Below, in pieces: positions 1 to 10,286 of a DNA stretch of 64,000 nt; within the stretch, counting starts at the first letter, position 1; every line of letters begins with the position of its first letter. Below the pieces are notes generated by a model. The model was not told the origin of the DNA. It searched no databases and worked only from the letters and a program-made list of their open reading frames with translations. The stretch covers positions 53,031-117,030 of IMG/VR virus record IMGVR_UViG_3300045988_120055. The stretch is one strand, 5' to 3'. This DNA is from a virus. The position numbers and the translations under genes are program-made.

Positions 1-648
1 TACGCCATCAATTTTGACTAACTCAAATGCTTTATAGGCGAGCTTTCTTTCCTTTGCTACATTCGCATCTAACTGTCTAATTGTGCCTGCTGCCAGATTT
101 CTTGCGTTCTTGTATTTACCATGTAACACTTCATTGATTTTCTGGAAGTTTTCATAACTGATAACTGATTCGCCACGTACCTCAATACTACGCTTATCAG
201 GAATCTCAAGAGGTAAATTGAAAATCATACGAGCCGTATGAGTCACATCTTCTCCAATTTCTCCATTTCCCCTTGTAATTGCTTGTTTTAAGCGTCCTTT
301 TTCGTACCTTAGTACTACCGTCAAACCGTCTTCCTTCCACGATAAAACACCAATTTTATCCGCAAGAAATTTTTTGACCTCATTGACATCCTTCGTCTTC
401 TGAGCTGATAACATTGGGCGTGTATGCTTTACTTTAGCCAGAGAATCAATTATAAATCCTTGAACGTGGTGGATGGGCGAATTATTCAAAACAACGCCAG
501 AATCTCTCTCAAGTCGTTCTAAAGCAGCGCATAAATCGTCAAATTCTTTATCTGAAATGATCGGATTATCCTCTGCGTAGTACGCATATGAAGCATCATT
601 GATTCTGTCGATCAAGACATTCATTTCTTTCACATATTCAGTTTTCAT
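1..648 (-). CDS. ligA: NAD-dependent DNA ligase (LigA-type), N-terminal part; gene runs off the window start
   Basis: Minus-strand ORF with ATG at 646-648 and AGGAAAA RBS; translation MKTEYVKEMNVLIDRINDASYAYYAEDNPIISDKEFDDL...VKHTRPMLSAQK...ELVKIDGV shows LigA adenylation-domain motifs (YY..D.P.isD.eFD.L; KxDG). Absent from ORF track because truncated. Confidence 0.75.
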   Translation of the reverse strand, partial: MKTEYVKEMNVLIDRINDASYAYYAEDNPIISDKEFDDLCAALERLERDSGVVLNNSPIHHVQGFIIDSLAKVKHTRPMLSAQKTKDVNEVKKFLADKIGVLSWKEDGLTVVLRYEKGRLKQAITRGNGEIGEDVTHTARMIFNLPLEIPDKRSIEVRGESVISYENFQKINEVLHGKYKNARNLAAGTIRQLDANVAKERKLAYKAFELVKIDGV

Positions 649-731
649 AATTTTTGGATTTTCCTTTTCTTGTTTATATTGTTTAGTTAATTATTTTAAT
701 TTGTGTTTCTATGTCTTTCAGTAACTGCCAA

Positions 732-1370
732 TTACTTCACTACATATATTTTTCTGTGCTGTTGCACATTTATTGTTTCGGAATGTGTTGATTTGAACAC
801 GTCTACATGCATTCCTTTTACTTTGCCTCCACAATCTTCTGCCACAAAGATTGTATCGCCATATCCCTCAATCTTAACTCTTGTTCCATAAGGGATAATG
901 TTTTTATCAACCGCAATCGTATGATACGGTCGAGCAAATTTATGCCCTGCATGATTCCAAGCAATCTTAGATCCATATCCTTCAGAACATTCATAACATG
1001 GACAATATGCCGTGATCAAAAATGTTCCAAGTGAACTCTTTTCAAGTTCTCGCTTTCGCTTCAGCCGCTGTCGTTTAATTCGCAATCGTTTCTTCCGAAG
1101 CTTTTCTAATCGAATCTGCCTTGCCTTCTCTTCATCGGCTTCCTTACATTTCTGATAATGCTCATGAACGTCTTTTAATTCAACGCTTTGACTGATTGGA
1201 TTATTTGAAATCACATTGTCTTGCTTATTTTCTGCAACAGTTGTCTCTGTTGATAATGTTGAAGTCTCCACCGAGGGTCGCTCCTCTGCTTTAACTGTGT
1301 GAGTCATAAAGCCTGAACACATTGCTAAAAAACTAAACGAAATAACTTTCATTAAAAATCTTTTTCTCAT
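732..1370 (-). CDS. secreted 3D-domain protein (YocH/MltA-like cell-wall binding / lytic transglycosylase-like)
   Basis: Signal peptide MRKRFLMKVISFSFLAMCSGFMTHTVKA; KR-rich coiled coil; C-terminal 3D-domain motif ITAYCPCYECSEGYG...AVDKNIIPYGTRVKIEGYGDTIFVAEDCGGKVKG. Start moved from track ATG 1412 to ATG 1370 (AAAGGAG RBS 10 nt upstream; the -10 box lies between the two ATGs). Confidence 0.6.
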   Translation of the reverse strand: MRKRFLMKVISFSFLAMCSGFMTHTVKAEERPSVETSTLSTETTVAENKQDNVISNNPISQSVELKDVHEHYQKCKEADEEKARQIRLEKLRKKRLRIKRQRLKRKRELEKSSLGTFLITAYCPCYECSEGYGSKIAWNHAGHKFARPYHTIAVDKNIIPYGTRVKIEGYGDTIFVAEDCGGKVKGMHVDVFKSTHSETINVQQHRKIYVVK

Positions 1371-1402
1371 TTTTTTGCATCTCCTTTCATTAACATATTG
1401 GT

Positions 1403-1440
1403 ATCTTATCATACTTTTTGCACCCTGTCAATAGGTGCAA
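1403..1440 (-). promoter_or_regulatory. sigma-A-type promoter TTGACA-17-TAAGAT with -35 embedded in palindrome TTGCACC-N9-GGTGCAA (copy 1 of duplicated 48-bp element)
   Basis: Minus-strand reading TTGCACCTATTGACAGGGTGCAAAAAGTATGATAAGAT; -35 at 1426-1431, -10 at 1403-1408; near-identical copy at 44463-44500. Confidence 0.55.
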
Positions 1441-1449
1441 GAAAGAAAG

Positions 1450-3702
1450 TTAATTTTTTAAGCTTAACCAGGTGCGCCTCTTATTATGATTTGTTACGAT
1501 ACATCTCTTAAACGCTGCTGGCTCTGCAATGAGCGCAAATCTTTTCTTAGCTCGTGTTAACATCGTATATAGCATACAGTTATCAAGCAATTTGTAATGT
1601 GTGTTGTCAATGATACCAATGACAGTTTGAGCAGCCGATCCTTGAAGCTTATGCGTTGTTAATGCATATGCCAATTGAAGTTGTCCTAACTGAGCGAAAG
1701 AATATTCAATCATCTTCTTATCCATGTCTGGATTCATCATGGCGTGAACAACTTTCTTATCATAATCAATGCCAGTAATGTATCCAATATCTCCATTAAA
1801 TGTGTTTCTTTCATAGTCATTACTGGTTTGAAGCACTTTATCTCCCACATAAAACTTCTTTGTTTTGCCATATGTAACAAACCTTGCATTGGATTTATTT
1901 TTATACACTTCTTTCTGAATTGCTACATTAAGTTCTTCTGTAGAGTTTATGCAACCTGACTTACGAGGAGAGATTACAACCACATTATCCATACCGTCTT
2001 GTTTAACACACGTCATGAACTGCTTTACAACCAAATTAAAAATATTCTCACGATTATTTCTGAAAATGTAAAACATATCATGTAACTCTCCATGAACTTG
2101 TTTAGCACTAAAATCCTCAATTGGAGAAATTGCTCTACGCACTTTTCTAGCATCACTAAGAATACCAGACTTTTCTGCTTGTCTCATTGGCTTCGTTAAT
2201 TGCACTGAATCCAACTCATCCATTTTGAGTAGATCAGAGAAAATGTTACCATATCCAATTGGTGGCAACTGCATATGATCTCCGCTAATAATAATCTTTG
2301 TACCTGGGCGAATTGCCAAAAGTAATTGATAGAACAACCCTGCATTAACCATACTTGCTTCGTCTAAAAGAACTACATCAATTGGTAATGGATTGTTAGC
2401 ATCGTGCATAAACGAGTCTACGCCTTGTGCTTCAAGTAATCGATGAATAGTTCTCGCTTCTAATCCTGTTGCTTCTTGGATTCTCTGTGCCGCCTTAGCA
2501 GATAACGCACATGCAGCAATGCTATAATTTCGTTTCTTATAACATCTGATAATTGGTTTTAATAAGGTAGTTTTACCCGTTCCAGCCTCACCACTAATTA
2601 AAACAACATTTGTCTGTAATGCAGTGTAGATGCCTTTGTTTTGCTCTTCGCTGAACGTAAAACCTTCTTCTTTTTCAACTTCAGCAATAACTTGTCCAAT
2701 TTCGTTTACAGTGATTATCTCTTTCTTCTTGGTAGAATTAGTATCTCTGCGTTCTTGCAACAATGCCAGTATATTCATTTCTGTATCATGGTACTTTTTC
2801 AAACCAATTAGCTCGCCACTAACATAGATGTCTGAAGGAAAATCATTTTCAACATAATCGTCAAATATATGTAGACATTCCCCAACCGTTGCACTAACTT
2901 CTGATCGCAACGTGGCAATCGCCATATATGTATGCCCGTCACTCTCGCCAAGATTCGTTAAATAATACGTCATAAAATAATCAAGTCGATACTTGGAATC
3001 TCTCAACTCTGGACGAATCTTTAAAGCAATATCATCAACTTTCTTAAATCCAAGACCTCTAATCTTAGTTAAAATGTAAGGATTTGTGTTGATTTTATAT
3101 TTTAACTTTTCTGGATCTGGCTCAGCTTCTACTAATTTCTTAATCATATTAAAGGTAATCCCATGAGGCTGTAGCATAACTACAACCTCGGAAATCACAT
3201 AATTATTAATGATCTTCTCTCTGAGCTTCGCCCATGTCTTGTTGCCAAGTCCTTTAATCATAGATGTATCGATAGTCTTGCATTTTCCTGCCATAACATC
3301 CTCAATGATATTTGGATATTCAGCAAGCAAGCTTTCAGCAATTGATTCTTTCGCTTGTGTTTTTAAAAACATTAGCTGATCGGTCTGTGTTTTTGGAACA
3401 TCTGCAACAACCGAAATCGGCTTATATTGATATTCGTGATATTTTTGAGAATAAATACATGTCGCTTTTACATGATACTTTGTCCCAATATATAACTGTT
3501 GAACTTCTCCAACAAGTTTACTTGCAACATATTCTTTATCTCCTGAGTCATCAAATTTATTATCATTGTATGGACTGAATTGTGGTATTTGGTCTTTTGT
3601 ACAAAACGCATAGATACCAAACATTGATTCTTCATTATAAAATATCTGATATGTAGGAATCATTTCAAACTCGCATACCTTTCCGCATGTCTGACTCTCC
3701 AT
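1450..3702 (-). CDS. RecD-like SF1 DNA helicase (ATP-dependent exoDNase alpha-subunit family)
   Basis: Walker A GEAGTGKTTLLKP, Walker B VVLLDEASMV, C-terminal TTHKLQGS motif typical of RecD/Dda/TraA-type helicases; 750 aa. Confidence 0.7.
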   Translation of the reverse strand: MESQTCGKVCEFEMIPTYQIFYNEESMFGIYAFCTKDQIPQFSPYNDNKFDDSGDKEYVASKLVGEVQQLYIGTKYHVKATCIYSQKYHEYQYKPISVVADVPKTQTDQLMFLKTQAKESIAESLLAEYPNIIEDVMAGKCKTIDTSMIKGLGNKTWAKLREKIINNYVISEVVVMLQPHGITFNMIKKLVEAEPDPEKLKYKINTNPYILTKIRGLGFKKVDDIALKIRPELRDSKYRLDYFMTYYLTNLGESDGHTYMAIATLRSEVSATVGECLHIFDDYVENDFPSDIYVSGELIGLKKYHDTEMNILALLQERRDTNSTKKKEIITVNEIGQVIAEVEKEEGFTFSEEQNKGIYTALQTNVVLISGEAGTGKTTLLKPIIRCYKKRNYSIAACALSAKAAQRIQEATGLEARTIHRLLEAQGVDSFMHDANNPLPIDVVLLDEASMVNAGLFYQLLLAIRPGTKIIISGDHMQLPPIGYGNIFSDLLKMDELDSVQLTKPMRQAEKSGILSDARKVRRAISPIEDFSAKQVHGELHDMFYIFRNNRENIFNLVVKQFMTCVKQDGMDNVVVISPRKSGCINSTEELNVAIQKEVYKNKSNARFVTYGKTKKFYVGDKVLQTSNDYERNTFNGDIGYITGIDYDKKVVHAMMNPDMDKKMIEYSFAQLGQLQLAYALTTHKLQGSAAQTVIGIIDNTHYKLLDNCMLYTMLTRAKKRFALIAEPAAFKRCIVTNHNKRRTWLSLKN

Positions 3703-3717
3703 TATTTAGGCAGCACC

Positions 3718-4200
3718 TCATTTCCCTTTTAAATAATTTTTAAAGTAATACTCAAAATACAATCGAATAAACAGCCCAGAATATTTATTATCTGGCATGA
3801 AGAATATCGGCACATCGTATTTGAACCAGAAGCTATGCAATGATCCAATGAATGATTTCTTGTTATACTGCGTGTTATAATTGCCCTCTGCAATATCTGA
3901 GTAATTGGCATTTTCAAGTAAAATAACTTTTGTCTCTGGTGCAAGACTTAGCTCTTTTTCGAATCTGGCACGATCTTTTGATAAATTGCCACTGATTTCT
4001 TCAAGACTTCCTTTGCGCTCAACACACACTTTGCTGTCAAAATACATATCTCTCTGAATACCAAGCTTCTCATGTGCAGGAATCATGAAACTGTAGTCTC
4101 CATAATCCAATGCTTTCTTTTTATGATTTACACCTTTTCTATCGAAGTAGTCTATGATATGATCAGCCTTTTGCTCCCTTGTGTCGACAAGGATTGTCAT
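3718..4200 (-). CDS. ERCC4-type (XPF/Mus81/Hef-like) nuclease domain protein
   Basis: N-terminal ILVDTREQ ... LDYGDYSF matches the ERCC4 nuclease signature (hhVDxRE ... GDY). Confidence 0.5.
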   Translation of the reverse strand: MTILVDTREQKADHIIDYFDRKGVNHKKKALDYGDYSFMIPAHEKLGIQRDMYFDSKVCVERKGSLEEISGNLSKDRARFEKELSLAPETKVILLENANYSDIAEGNYNTQYNKKSFIGSLHSFWFKYDVPIFFMPDNKYSGLFIRLYFEYYFKNYLKGK

Positions 4201-4250
4201 CGAGCTTATTAGCTCTTTGACTTCCTTATCTGTGTATTTATAAAATTGAA

Positions 4251-7200
4251 TTATACTAATTCCTCCTCTACGTCATTTTTAATAGTGAAATTCTTAAGCC
4301 AAAACTCAAATTTATCTGGTACATCTTTGTAGATTTTCTTTCCTGTTTTTGTATTGATCTCCCCAGTTGGTTCTTTTTTATGTTTCTTCTCAACTGATTT
4401 CAGATATAGAATATCTCCTTCATCGAATGGGTTCTTCTTATATTGGGTTGTCCACATTTTTACTTTCTGTGTTTTTCCAGAGTAAATTTCATATAACTGA
4501 ATGTTAACGATGGATTTTGTTACAGATAAATCTTTGACATAGTAATATCGCTTGCCGATGTTTGGGTTAATGTAACTGATGTAACCAATATATTCTTTCT
4601 GATAATCCATCCGTTCAGTTATTGAAACTGGTGAATATGCCATACTTGATGTCATAACTTTCAAAAATCCAATATAATCAAATTCTTTCAATGTTTTTTC
4701 TGTCTGTTTCTGACAATACTTTTTGATTAATTCAATATCTTCGCCTTCTTTTTGGAGCTTCGAAATTGTAAACTGTTTTCTGCCATAGAATTTGTCATAA
4801 CATTCAACTTGTTTGAGCAAATAATTAATATCCCCAAACTCAGAAAAGAAATCTAATTTAATTAAAATATCCAACTGTTTAGAATTGACAGATGTATTAG
4901 AGATATCTTGCAACAAATCTATAAAAGAATCATATTGATTGTCTCGCAATTCATATAATTCTTCTCCAACATTGTCCCCAACAAATTTTATAGAAGACAT
5001 GCCTTTGAATATTGTATGGGTTTCTTTATCATAAGAATATTTTGAGTTAGAGTGCCTAAACTTAATATCACTTAATTTAATACCAAAATACTCTAACTCA
5101 TTTGTCAGTTTATTAGTTCGTTCTTTGTCTCCAACGTAATTATTGAAGCAAACACTGTAGTATTCGTAAGGATAATTGACCTTTAGATATGCTCCATAAC
5201 ACATGTCCAATGAGGTTGCTGCTGCATGGGCTGAACAAAATCCGTAGCTCATACAACTTTGTACCAAATGCCATGTTTCGGAAAACATTTCTTCTGAGCC
5301 AGTATTAATAATCCATTGCTTTTTGATTCTTTCCTCAAGATTATCAAAATCCGATTGTTTAATTTTTTTCTTGGAAATTTTCTTAATTAAACCAATAGAT
5401 TCAGCTGGGCTAACCCCTAACCAGTCAAAATATTGCATTAATGATTCTTGAAATAAAATGTATCCATGAGTATCTTTCAAAACATTGTCTAGCTGATCTG
5501 AACCAGTTGTATATGGTTTTCTATCTAAAAACTGTTCTCTCCATGAATCAAAAGACGGTCTTATGGCTGCTGCAATATGGGCGCCATCCTCAAATGACGA
5601 AATACCATACTGTTTTGCTTGTCTACATCCATTGTCGCTATCAACCTGATTTAAAGTACATGTAATACCATTTTTAAATAAATCCCATATTCGCTGATCA
5701 TCTTTAATTTTATCCAATAATTCATTTGCCTTAATAATCGGAATTCCAATCTCTTTAAATGTTTCATCAATAAGCTTCCAAACCGTGACGATAAGATAAT
5801 CGTTTTTAAGTACCTTATATTCATCTGCTTCAGATGAAGTAATTAAAACACATACGTTTTCGCCTAAACGAGTAACACCATACTCATAAAGCAAATTAGT
5901 GTTGCTTAAAATATGGGCGCAAGGATGTACAGAACCAGATATAATTGTTCCAACATAGCGATTTGCCTCTTCGATAATCGGTTTCCACTTCGGATCATCT
6001 TGATATTCTTCCAGATTTTTTGCCACATGATTAAATTCGTCAAATGACATATTCTTAGATCGACATACATTTCTAAATGCTTCAGATATTTGCATGGTTC
6101 CTGGTGCATACATTGGATAACACCCGTGTTCACCAAGCAATTCCCTTGAAGCTTTAATAAATGGTTCTTGGGATTTTACGTTAAAATCTATATCGGGCAA
6201 TGAGCGATTCTCTAGCAATCTGGCAGTGGAAGCAAATCTGTCTGGGAAAAGCGGAAGATTAATTTTAAATCTATCTAGTTGTGTCATTCCCAATATCCTA
6301 TTTATATAGAAGGAACCGCAACTACCTCTTCCACCACGAGTCAATACACCACCATATTTATTAACTGCAAGATCTACATTTTTCTCATTAAACAAAAAAT
6401 AGTCCGCTGTATGTATTTCATCATTAGTATCCTCGATGATTTTCATCTCATATCGAATTCCATCTTTATATTTTTTAAACTCTTCTCCTTCAATATGTTC
6501 TTCTTTTCGAATCTCCTTGAACCGTTTATTTACTTCTTTTTTTAGAAGACCCACTCTTTGTTCGGGAGTCAAGTTAGGATAAATCGTAGGCATTTTAATT
6601 GAATAATCGAGTTGTATTTCTTCACATTCATCAAACAACAATGTGTTATTTAATGCATCTGAGATTTGTCTATCTGTCAAAACGCCTTGTTTTTTGAATC
6701 TTTCAATCATTGTTTCAGCAGTAGGATAATCTAATATAAAATCGTCTTCACTGCCGTAATTGATATGTTTACCTCGCAATAATTCCAGACGTTCTTCTTT
6801 GCCTGATTCGTCAATATAGTGTGAATCATTTGCAGCAATTAAGCTTAACCCATATTGATCAGACAGATATATTGCCTTTTTATTGATTTCAATTTGCAAC
6901 GGATCATCATGAGTCTGAACTTCTAGCATTACATTTTCTTTAAAATGCTTATATAGAGGCATAAAAATCCCATTAATTGAATCCTCATCTCGTAATAATC
7001 CTGCTACACATGCAGTTGTAATATAAACATCATTGGGATCAAGCTTTAGTAAATCAGATAGAAAAAATCTTGGCTTATAATAAAACCCTTTGATGTTTGC
7101 CATACTTGATACATAATTCATCTTTTTTCTGGCTTCATCAGTTTTAGGAATTACTATAATATGATAATTTCTTTTGTCTTTTTGTGAGGCATCTGGGACA

Positions 7201-7415
7201 ATATATCCTTCGATGCCTGCAATACAACGTAATCCATATTTATTACACAATGTTCTTGCTTCAAAGACGTCCCCAAAACTACCATGATTGACTGTATAAT
7301 AACTTGTATGTCCATACTCCAATGCTTTTAGGATATAATCTTCTTGCTTAGTGTTTGTATCTGGAGTAAAGATATTTGATACATGATCGTGTTTATGATA
7401 ATTGTTATACCGCAT
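4251..7415 (-). CDS. DNA polymerase III alpha subunit (DnaE-like, PHP domain N-terminus)
   Basis: 1054 aa; N-terminal PHP motif YHKHDHVSNIF...EYGHTSYYTVNHGSFGD; size and architecture of phage DnaE-like replicative polymerase. Confidence 0.8.
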   Translation of the reverse strand: MRYNNYHKHDHVSNIFTPDTNTKQEDYILKALEYGHTSYYTVNHGSFGDVFEARTLCNKYGLRCIAGIEGYIVPDASQKDKRNYHIIVIPKTDEARKKMNYVSSMANIKGFYYKPRFFLSDLLKLDPNDVYITTACVAGLLRDEDSINGIFMPLYKHFKENVMLEVQTHDDPLQIEINKKAIYLSDQYGLSLIAANDSHYIDESGKEERLELLRGKHINYGSEDDFILDYPTAETMIERFKKQGVLTDRQISDALNNTLLFDECEEIQLDYSIKMPTIYPNLTPEQRVGLLKKEVNKRFKEIRKEEHIEGEEFKKYKDGIRYEMKIIEDTNDEIHTADYFLFNEKNVDLAVNKYGGVLTRGGRGSCGSFYINRILGMTQLDRFKINLPLFPDRFASTARLLENRSLPDIDFNVKSQEPFIKASRELLGEHGCYPMYAPGTMQISEAFRNVCRSKNMSFDEFNHVAKNLEEYQDDPKWKPIIEEANRYVGTIISGSVHPCAHILSNTNLLYEYGVTRLGENVCVLITSSEADEYKVLKNDYLIVTVWKLIDETFKEIGIPIIKANELLDKIKDDQRIWDLFKNGITCTLNQVDSDNGCRQAKQYGISSFEDGAHIAAAIRPSFDSWREQFLDRKPYTTGSDQLDNVLKDTHGYILFQESLMQYFDWLGVSPAESIGLIKKISKKKIKQSDFDNLEERIKKQWIINTGSEEMFSETWHLVQSCMSYGFCSAHAAATSLDMCYGAYLKVNYPYEYYSVCFNNYVGDKERTNKLTNELEYFGIKLSDIKFRHSNSKYSYDKETHTIFKGMSSIKFVGDNVGEELYELRDNQYDSFIDLLQDISNTSVNSKQLDILIKLDFFSEFGDINYLLKQVECYDKFYGRKQFTISKLQKEGEDIELIKKYCQKQTEKTLKEFDYIGFLKVMTSSMAYSPVSITERMDYQKEYIGYISYINPNIGKRYYYVKDLSVTKSIVNIQLYEIYSGKTQKVKMWTTQYKKNPFDEGDILYLKSVEKKHKKEPTGEINTKTGKKIYKDVPDKFEFWLKNFTIKNDVEEELV

Positions 7416-8670
7416 TCATTAATCCTCCAGCTTTTAATCTATTTAGTAGATCAGCTTCTTGAATTCGAGAGATATTGTGCTCAATGACATATTTTCTTGT
7501 CTTTTCATATGGAATATCATGAGATCTACAATATGTAGATAAACCAATCTGTTCTCCGTTCTGCGTAACAACATAAATGTATCTTGCTTTTTTAGAAATT
7601 TTATCGTTTTCTAATATCTTCTTTTTGATAATGTCAAGCGAATTAGGAATATTGCTTAAAATAATTTGATCAATAATTCTACTTGAATCTGAATCGAATC
7701 TTATATATCTTTTATCTGACTGCTGTTTGGCATATAACCCAAACCTCTTTTTACACAGCTTAATATACAAATCAATTTCTTGCTGAGTATATTCTGCCAA
7801 ACATAGTTCCCATGCCGATTTACCTCTACTTCCATCGTCTAAGCAATGAAGAGACAAACCAAATTCATTCAGTTTCCAAATCTTATTAATTCTTGGCATG
7901 TCTCGAATCTCTTTTAATTGATTAATAATCCTTGTCTCGAATCTGTAGTGTGGTTTACACCAATACTTTGTTCCAGAGCCAAAATCTTTATAGCCACCTT
8001 CATAATACTTTGGTTCAGAATTACATAAGTCTTTTAATTCTTCATACTTCCAAAACACATAGTCTTTTTCTGCTATAGAATGACATTCAATATATAGAGG
8101 TTGCGTTTCTCTTTTGTCGATGTGTCCATCTCCTAATGTGCCAAATAAAATAATTTGATACTGTTTATCGGTTAATGTCTTGTTATTTTTAAAAGTCCAA
8201 CAATTTAATTTATGAACTTCGGAACACCATTTCTGAATAACTCTTAACGAGGCACCGCATTCATCTGCCATTTCTTGATGAGTCATTCCCTTAACAACAT
8301 ATCTTTCATAGCACCAATCATAATCCTGATATGCCGCTTTAAAATTAGGATTATTAGACCTCATATACTTATCGCCAAGATTCAAATGACGACTTCGAGC
8401 CGCTATAGTTGCCACCGATAACTTCATTTGTTTACTAATTTTTTTAAAAGAAAGTCCTTGTTTATACAACTCTTCTAATCTGGCTTCTTCTTCTGGAGTC
8501 CATCTATGTCTCTTTTTAGGAATCACCATGTCTTTATCTAACAGTTTCCCATGTTTTTCTAATTGCATATTGTGTCTATTGCATAACTTCTTTTCTTTCC
8601 AAAAATGTCCGTCCAAAGTAGATGATAAACCGCAGACTGAACAAAATACTTCTTTTCCTGCCATAATCAT
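7405..8670 (-). CDS. LAGLIDADG-family homing endonuclease with N-terminal zinc ribbon and HTH
   Basis: CSVCG...CNRH zinc ribbon, sigma-r4-like HTH (LSFKKISKQMKLSVATIAARSRHL), two LAGLIDADG-like motifs (ILFGTLGDGHID; LHCLDDGSRG); overlaps both flanking replication genes by a few nt. Confidence 0.5.
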   Translation of the reverse strand: MIMAGKEVFCSVCGLSSTLDGHFWKEKKLCNRHNMQLEKHGKLLDKDMVIPKKRHRWTPEEEARLEELYKQGLSFKKISKQMKLSVATIAARSRHLNLGDKYMRSNNPNFKAAYQDYDWCYERYVVKGMTHQEMADECGASLRVIQKWCSEVHKLNCWTFKNNKTLTDKQYQIILFGTLGDGHIDKRETQPLYIECHSIAEKDYVFWKYEELKDLCNSEPKYYEGGYKDFGSGTKYWCKPHYRFETRIINQLKEIRDMPRINKIWKLNEFGLSLHCLDDGSRGKSAWELCLAEYTQQEIDLYIKLCKKRFGLYAKQQSDKRYIRFDSDSSRIIDQIILSNIPNSLDIIKKKILENDKISKKARYIYVVTQNGEQIGLSTYCRSHDIPYEKTRKYVIEHNISRIQEADLLNRLKAGGLMNAV

Positions 8671-10286
8671 CCCACCTCTTCAAGTGAATCACACACAGCT
8701 TTCAGCACAAACTTTCTTCCAAAGAATCCGCAATCAAGTGTAGTAACTGCACAAAACTCATCATTCATCATAGAATGGTCTTCCATATCCTCAAACGATC
8801 CATCATAGTTCCATTTAATGATCCACAATTTATCATTGTTACATGGTTTCAGGACAAGATGTTTATAATTGCTCATCTGACCAATGTCATAGTCGTCAAT
8901 CTCTTCAATATAAACTCTTACAGGCTTAAATCCCTGCCCAGAAATACGATCAATTTTCTTAATCGTGTCAACCATTTTTCTTGTAATGTCTGAAATATCA
9001 AGCATAATATCGACATCAACTGTTGTATCTTCTGGTTTATCTGGAAGAGTTTCTTCTATATAAGAGGTGAACTCAGCAAAGTTCTTTCTAGGAATTTCAA
9101 TACCACTGGCAAGTTCATGTCCATTTGCTTCAGCCAACTGACTGTTATTACACATCTGTCGGAAGTCTTTTACACCAACTGCTCGCATAGATCCTGCATA
9201 TGTATCTTCATTTTTCTTTAGCACAAGAATCGGCTTCTGGTATTTTTCAAGCAATTTGTTTCCAATTAACCCAGAAATACCATAATCAGTGTCGATAAAA
9301 GTTGTGATCATCTTTTTATCACTCTGAGCTTCACACTGTTCCGCAATCATTGGCATCAGCTGTGCGACCTCTTCATTTTGGTCTTCTTTGCATTGCTTTA
9401 ACTGTTTAATATATCCTCGTAACTTTTTATTGTCATCTTCAAGGAAAGCATTTAGAGCAATTTCATTCTGATCCATTCTGTTTGCAGCATTAACCAACGG
9501 TGCAATACTAAAAGCAACTGCTGTGCTGTTGAATTCAAATCCGCCAATAATCTTCTTAATCGCAGGATTTCTAATTTCTTTCAACGCTTCAGATACAATG
9601 TAACGATTCTCCATTACTCGCATATCCATCATATCTGCGATCAGCCCTACACCTGCAAGATCGACCAGATTATTTGCGTAATCTGTACCATTCTGCTCAT
9701 CAATGTATTTGCAAAACTTCCAGACAACACCTGCACCAGATAATTGCGGATTTTCATATTCTCTCTGAGAAGAAACCAGTGTGCAATAATCATCATAAGG
9801 AATATTTGAATCAATGGCATGGTGGTCTAGCACAATCACATCAACCCCTGTTTCTTTTAAATCCTTATACTGAGTCTCATCTTTATCTAAGCTATCAACA
9901 ACAATCAGTAAATCATAACCATAAAACTTGGCAATGTCCTGATTTGCTAACCCATGCTGTTTGCCTCGATTAATGTACACATCTACTGGATTTTCTGTCA
10001 TGTTTTTTAAATATCGTGCCATAATGGCACCAGATGTGATACCGTCAGTATCTGTATCAAAATGTACTGCAATACGTTTATCTTCATTTACCGCACTCAT
10101 TACAAGTCCGTATGCTTTATCAATATTTTTTAAGTCATCAAGAGGAAGTAAATCATCTTCCGTAGGATTTAAAAAATGCTCTGGGTCGTCAATACCACGC
10201 TCCTGCATGATAATTTCAAATACCTCATCTTCAAAAAATCCTCTGCAATCGTTCAAAATGTTATATTTCTTCTTCGACGTCTTCAT
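8667..10286 (-). CDS. RecJ-like DHH/DHHA1 single-strand DNA exonuclease
   Basis: DHH motifs HFDTDTDGITSG and VLDHHAI, C-terminal DHHA1-like NGHELASG; same position as the RecJ-like exonuclease of SPbeta-type replication modules. Confidence 0.55.
   Translation of the reverse strand: MKTSKKKYNILNDCRGFFEDEVFEIIMQERGIDDPEHFLNPTEDDLLPLDDLKNIDKAYGLVMSAVNEDKRIAVHFDTDTDGITSGAIMARYLKNMTENPVDVYINRGKQHGLANQDIAKFYGYDLLIVVDSLDKDETQYKDLKETGVDVIVLDHHAIDSNIPYDDYCTLVSSQREYENPQLSGAGVVWKFCKYIDEQNGTDYANNLVDLAGVGLIADMMDMRVMENRYIVSEALKEIRNPAIKKIIGGFEFNSTAVAFSIAPLVNAANRMDQNEIALNAFLEDDNKKLRGYIKQLKQCKEDQNEEVAQLMPMIAEQCEAQSDKKMITTFIDTDYGISGLIGNKLLEKYQKPILVLKKNEDTYAGSMRAVGVKDFRQMCNNSQLAEANGHELASGIEIPRKNFAEFTSYIEETLPDKPEDTTVDVDIMLDISDITRKMVDTIKKIDRISGQGFKPVRVYIEEIDDYDIGQMSNYKHLVLKPCNNDKLWIIKWNYDGSFEDMEDHSMMNDEFCAVTTLDCGFFGRKFVLKAVCDSLEEVG

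Noticed and set aside
703-1034. Plus-strand ORFs 703..891 and 807..1034 from the six-frame track
   Set aside because: They lie antisense to the 3D-domain gene. They are low-complexity and lack RBSs. They are shadow ORFs of a minus-strand coding region.
1371-1412. ORF-track start codon for the 3D-domain gene at 1412
   Set aside because: This ATG lies upstream of the predicted -10 box and precedes the signal peptide. The in-frame ATG at 1370 has an AAAGGAG RBS and starts the signal peptide.
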